A DNA stretch of 64,000 nucleotides from Lachnospiraceae bacterium (lineage in GTDB: Bacteria; Bacillota; Clostridia; Lachnospirales; Lachnospiraceae). The translations under genes were made by a program, and so were the position numbers. Where the stretch lies: NCBI GenBank assembly GCA_014804485.1, contig JAAUZT010000034.1, positions 18,339 to 82,338 on the forward strand, read 5' to 3'. This document shows positions 60,471 through 64,000 of the stretch, piece by piece (position 1 is the first letter of the stretch; every line of letters starts with the position of its first letter). The notes beneath the pieces are model-generated. The model made no database searches, was not told the DNA's origin, and was given only the letters and a program-made list of their open reading frames with translations.

Positions 60471-61520
60471 ATGAAAGCATACGTATTAGAAGGTATAAAT
60501 CAATTAGCATATAAGGATGTTCTAATACCACAGCTTCGCGAGGATGAAGTACTGGTTGAAGTAATTAATGCGGGAATCTGCGGTTCAGATATCCCGCGTA
60601 TTTTTCATACGGGTACCTATCATTTCCCGACGATTCCCGGACATGAGTTTGCGGGGATTGTTCGTCAGACAGGTGCAGAGGCGAATAACCATTTGGTGGG
60701 CAGGCGTGTGGGCGTGTTCCCGCTGATTCCCTGCATGCAGTGTGAGCAGTGTCGGAAGAAAGCTTATGAAATGTGCCAGGCATATAATTATCTGGGTTCC
60801 AGAACAGACGGCGGCTTTGCTGAATATGTGGCAGTTCCGGTATGGAATCTGATTGAGCTTCCGGATGATGTAAGCATGGAGGATGCTGCAATGTTGGAAC
60901 CGACATGTGTCGCGCTACATGCTATCAGGCAGGCTGATATGACGAATGTTACTTCTGCGGCGGTATACGGGTGCGGAACGATTGGTATGTTGGTGATTCA
61001 ATGGCTTGCCGCTATGGGAGTCAGGAATCTGTATGCGGTCGGAACGAGGAAAGGGCAGCAGGAGTTATTATCCGACATTGCAAATTGTATTTTCTGTAAC
61101 TGTCGTGAGCAGGATTCCGTTGACTTTGTCGGGCAGCAGACGGACGGAGCGGGTGCGGATATTGTTTTTGAATGTGTAGGTGTAAAGGATAGTGTAAACA
61201 ACTCGGTGGCTTCTGTACGGGCAGGCGGGCAGATCGTGTTTGTGGGCAATCCGGCGGGCGATATAGAGTTAGATAAGCAGATTTATTGGAAGATTTTACG
61301 ACGGCAGCTTACTGTATACGGCACATGGAATTCTTCGTTCACGAAAGAGGATGATGATGATTGGCACATGGCGCTTCAGGCAATACAGACAGGGAAAATA
61401 CAGCCATCCAGGCAGATTACGCATAGATTTTCTTTTGACGCATTGCCGGACGGGCTTTCGGTTATGCGGGATAGGGGTGTCTTTACGAATAAGGTGATGT
61501 TGGAGAAGCTTTTAAGGTAA
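60471..61520 (+). CDS. Zinc-dependent alditol-phosphate dehydrogenase (GatD/TarJ-like)
   Basis: GICGSD, GHEF, CxxCxxC..C structural Zn site, YGCGTIG. Confidence 0.85.
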   Translation: MKAYVLEGINQLAYKDVLIPQLREDEVLVEVINAGICGSDIPRIFHTGTYHFPTIPGHEFAGIVRQTGAEANNHLVGRRVGVFPLIPCMQCEQCRKKAYEMCQAYNYLGSRTDGGFAEYVAVPVWNLIELPDDVSMEDAAMLEPTCVALHAIRQADMTNVTSAAVYGCGTIGMLVIQWLAAMGVRNLYAVGTRKGQQELLSDIANCIFCNCREQDSVDFVGQQTDGAGADIVFECVGVKDSVNNSVASVRAGGQIVFVGNPAGDIELDKQIYWKILRRQLTVYGTWNSSFTKEDDDDWHMALQAIQTGKIQPSRQITHRFSFDALPDGLSVMRDRGVFTNKVMLEKLLR

Positions 61521-61637
61521 AATAGACAGAGTAAGCAATTTTAATCTCAAGCGTATTGTATCACAACAAAATTTATGTTACACTGATTTTGAGTTATAGT
61601 TTAAAAATTAAAGTTTAAGTTTTGGTACGAGGCGCAT

Positions 61638-62741
61638 ATGTCATTCGACAGCAAAAAGAGAGAAGAAATCAAAAAATATATTTTGCGAAAAATCGCAGCA
61701 GACGATAAGCAGCTGGTTGCCAAAACTATGGATAGCTTCGGCATCTCAATTACTTCCGTAAAGCGATATATCAAGGAGCTAGTCGAATGCGAAGCGATTA
61801 TGCTACAGACCGACTGCGCATGTGGATATCGTCTGTTAGAGCACATAACCGAAGAGAACATTTCTCTAAAACGGAATCAGATGGAAGAGGATCGGCTGTA
61901 TGCAGCGTTCATTGAAGGCTATTTGAAAAGCTGTAATGTAAATGCAATTCGAATCTGGCAGTATGTCTGCGCTGAAATGTTAAATAATGCAATTGAGCAT
62001 TCCCGAGGAAAGAATATACATATAACAGTAAGTACAAACGCACTGTTTACCAGTGTTGTTATTGTGGATGACGGAATAGGTGTTTTTCAGACTTTAGTGG
62101 AGTATATGGCGGAGCATGGCTGGGACAACCCGTGTACGGAGGATGCACTGATTGAACTTTATAAGGGAAAGATCACATGCGACGCAAGCAGGCATTCCGG
62201 AGAAGGAATTTTCTTTTCTTCCAAGGCGGTAGACGAATTTGCAATCTGGTCAGGAGCAAAGATCTATAAGTGTGGATATGGAAAGAATATTGATGTGATA
62301 GAACATCGATTGCTGGCATGTGCGTCACGCATAAAGAAGATTGGCACATTAGTTATGATGACACTGGAAAATGAGACACCGAGAAAACTTTCAGAGGTAT
62401 TTAATATGTATACCAGCGTAGAAGAAGGGTTTATGCGCACAAGAATTCCTGTAAAAGAAGCATGTCTTACCGGAGAGCCTGTGGCCCGTTCGCAGGCAAG
62501 GCGAATCTGCAACCGACTGGATGAGTTCAAGGAGATTGTTTTGGACTTTGACAGGGTAGAAGTTATGGGGCAGGGATTTGCGGATGAACTTTTCCGGGTA
62601 TACGCATTGGCACATCCTCAGGTCACATTATGTCCGGTCAATATGATCCCGGAAGTGGAACAGATGATCAGGCATGTCAGCAGAGGGCAGGTGCCGGAAA
62701 ATGTACGGATGATGGAGAATTTTTTTGAGGAGACAAATTGA
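61638..62741 (+). CDS. HTH + HATPase + STAS-like (DUF4325) protein
   Basis: EMLNNAIEHS, DDGIGVF, HSGEGIFF, SRQARR-like segment, LDF..GQGFADE. Confidence 0.8.
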   Translation: MSFDSKKREEIKKYILRKIAADDKQLVAKTMDSFGISITSVKRYIKELVECEAIMLQTDCACGYRLLEHITEENISLKRNQMEEDRLYAAFIEGYLKSCNVNAIRIWQYVCAEMLNNAIEHSRGKNIHITVSTNALFTSVVIVDDGIGVFQTLVEYMAEHGWDNPCTEDALIELYKGKITCDASRHSGEGIFFSSKAVDEFAIWSGAKIYKCGYGKNIDVIEHRLLACASRIKKIGTLVMMTLENETPRKLSEVFNMYTSVEEGFMRTRIPVKEACLTGEPVARSQARRICNRLDEFKEIVLDFDRVEVMGQGFADELFRVYALAHPQVTLCPVNMIPEVEQMIRHVSRGQVPENVRMMENFFEETN

Positions 62742-64000
62742 ATGAAGCGAAAGTTTAACATAACGGGATCGTGTAACCCGCAAAAACATTACATGGTGCG
62801 GCTCGATGACAGGTTGAAAATAATAAAAGAAGATTACATCGGCGAGGGCAGCTACTTTGTCATTAATCGCGGACGGCAGTACGGAAATACTACAACATTG
62901 GCTGCCTTAGAGAAATATTTAAAGGATGATTATATTGTTTTGTCACTCGATTTTCAGGAGATAGGCACGGAGGATTTTGCAGATGCTTCAGTATTTGCAA
63001 GGGTTTTCTCAGAAATGGTGATTGAGGCGTTAGAAATTGCCAAACCCGACGGCAACAACAAGATGACAGAACCTTTGGTTGATCTGGCAGAGAATTCCAG
63101 AGAAAGCAGTTTGAAAGGGTTGTTTACGGGTTTGAGCGAGATGTGTGCAAGAGCGCCTAAAACTATTGTGTTAATGATAGACGAGGTGGACAGTGCCTCC
63201 AACAATCAGGTGTTTATTGATTTTCTTGCACAGTTAAGAGGATATTATCTGGCAAGAGAAAAGAAGCCGATTTTCCAATCCGTAATTCTTGCAGGCGTTT
63301 ATGATATTAAAAATCTGAAGCTGAAATTACGTCCCGATGCAGAACATAAGTATAACAGCCCATGGAATATTGCAGCGAAATTTGATGTTGATATGAGTTT
63401 TTCTGCAGATCAGATTGCTGCCATGTTGGAAGAATACGAAACAGACAGCCATACTGGAATGGATATTAAGGCAATGGCAGGAGAAATCTACCGGTATACG
63501 TCAGGATATCCGTATCTGGTTTCAGCTATATGTAAAATTCTCGATGAAGAACTTGTAGGGAAGCCAGGGTTTGACAGCTATACGGATGTATGGACAAGGG
63601 AAGGGGTCATACGGGCCGTGAAGATTATTCTGAACGAAAAGAGTGCGCTTTTCGAGAGCATGCGGGGGCATATCAGAGATAATCCGGAAATGAAACGGAT
63701 GCTATATGCAATCCTGTTTCAGGGAGAGCCTATATCATACAATGCCGATAATGAAGTGATAGATCTGGCATATATGTTCGGGTATATTGTTGAGAAGGAT
63801 AGCTGTGTACAGATAGCGAACCGCATTTTTGAGACACGCCTATATAATTATTTTCTATCGGAAGAGGAGCTTTCAAGTGCGATAGGAAACATGGCGAAAC
63901 GTGATAAAGGCTGTTTTATCCATGACGGGCGTCTGGATATGGATATAGTATTGGAGAAATTCGTACAGTCTTTCACAGACATTTATAGTGATAATGACGA
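62742..64000 (+). CDS. AAA-like ATPase domain protein, runs off the window end
   Basis: Read by hand from ATG 62742: MKRKFNITGSC..HYMV..INRGRQYGNTTT..IVLMIDEVD..SPWNIA; missing from the ORF track, presumably because no stop falls inside the window. Confidence 0.82.
   Translation, partial: MKRKFNITGSCNPQKHYMVRLDDRLKIIKEDYIGEGSYFVINRGRQYGNTTTLAALEKYLKDDYIVLSLDFQEIGTEDFADASVFARVFSEMVIEALEIAKPDGNNKMTEPLVDLAENSRESSLKGLFTGLSEMCARAPKTIVLMIDEVDSASNNQVFIDFLAQLRGYYLAREKKPIFQSVILAGVYDIKNLKLKLRPDAEHKYNSPWNIAAKFDVDMSFSADQIAAMLEEYETDSHTGMDIKAMAGEIYRYTSGYPYLVSAICKILDEELVGKPGFDSYTDVWTREGVIRAVKIILNEKSALFESMRGHIRDNPEMKRMLYAILFQGEPISYNADNEVIDLAYMFGYIVEKDSCVQIANRIFETRLYNYFLSEEELSSAIGNMAKRDKGCFIHDGRLDMDIVLEKFVQSFTDIYSDND

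Noticed and set aside
923-63205. Numerous short antisense or overlapping ORFs in the six-frame track
   Set aside because: They shadow well-supported genes on the opposite strand or another frame and have no recognisable motifs.

Overview
AT-rich Firmicute DNA, most consistent with a Lachnospiraceae-type gut clostridium (inferred from gene content). Almost all genes are on the + strand. The window is a large glycan-modification island. In order it holds: the 3' end of a SIR2-like gene; a PAPS-supply module (cysQ-cysD-cysNC, a divergent LacI regulator, a sulfate ABC transporter); a three-gene toxin/antitoxin/SecB-like chaperone cassette; a Campylobacter-type O-methyl phosphoramidate donor pathway (Cj1415-Cj1420 homologues); three sulfotransferase-fold genes; about 30 glycosyl-, methyl- and amino-transferase and accessory genes; a CDP-alditol module; and two unrelated genes at the right end. 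The main unexplained signal is a ~130-bp non-coding element present four times (12633, 15300, 17110, 27230). Each copy has a sigma28/SigD-type promoter (CTAAR-N16-GYCGATA), two hairpins with CsrA-type GGA loops and a terminator hairpin. The terminator's 5' arm can alternatively pair with the second GGA hairpin. This looks like a CsrA-responsive attenuator or CsrA-sponge small RNA family that links the glycan genes to flagellar assembly. All protein calls come from reading motifs by eye; no database search was run.
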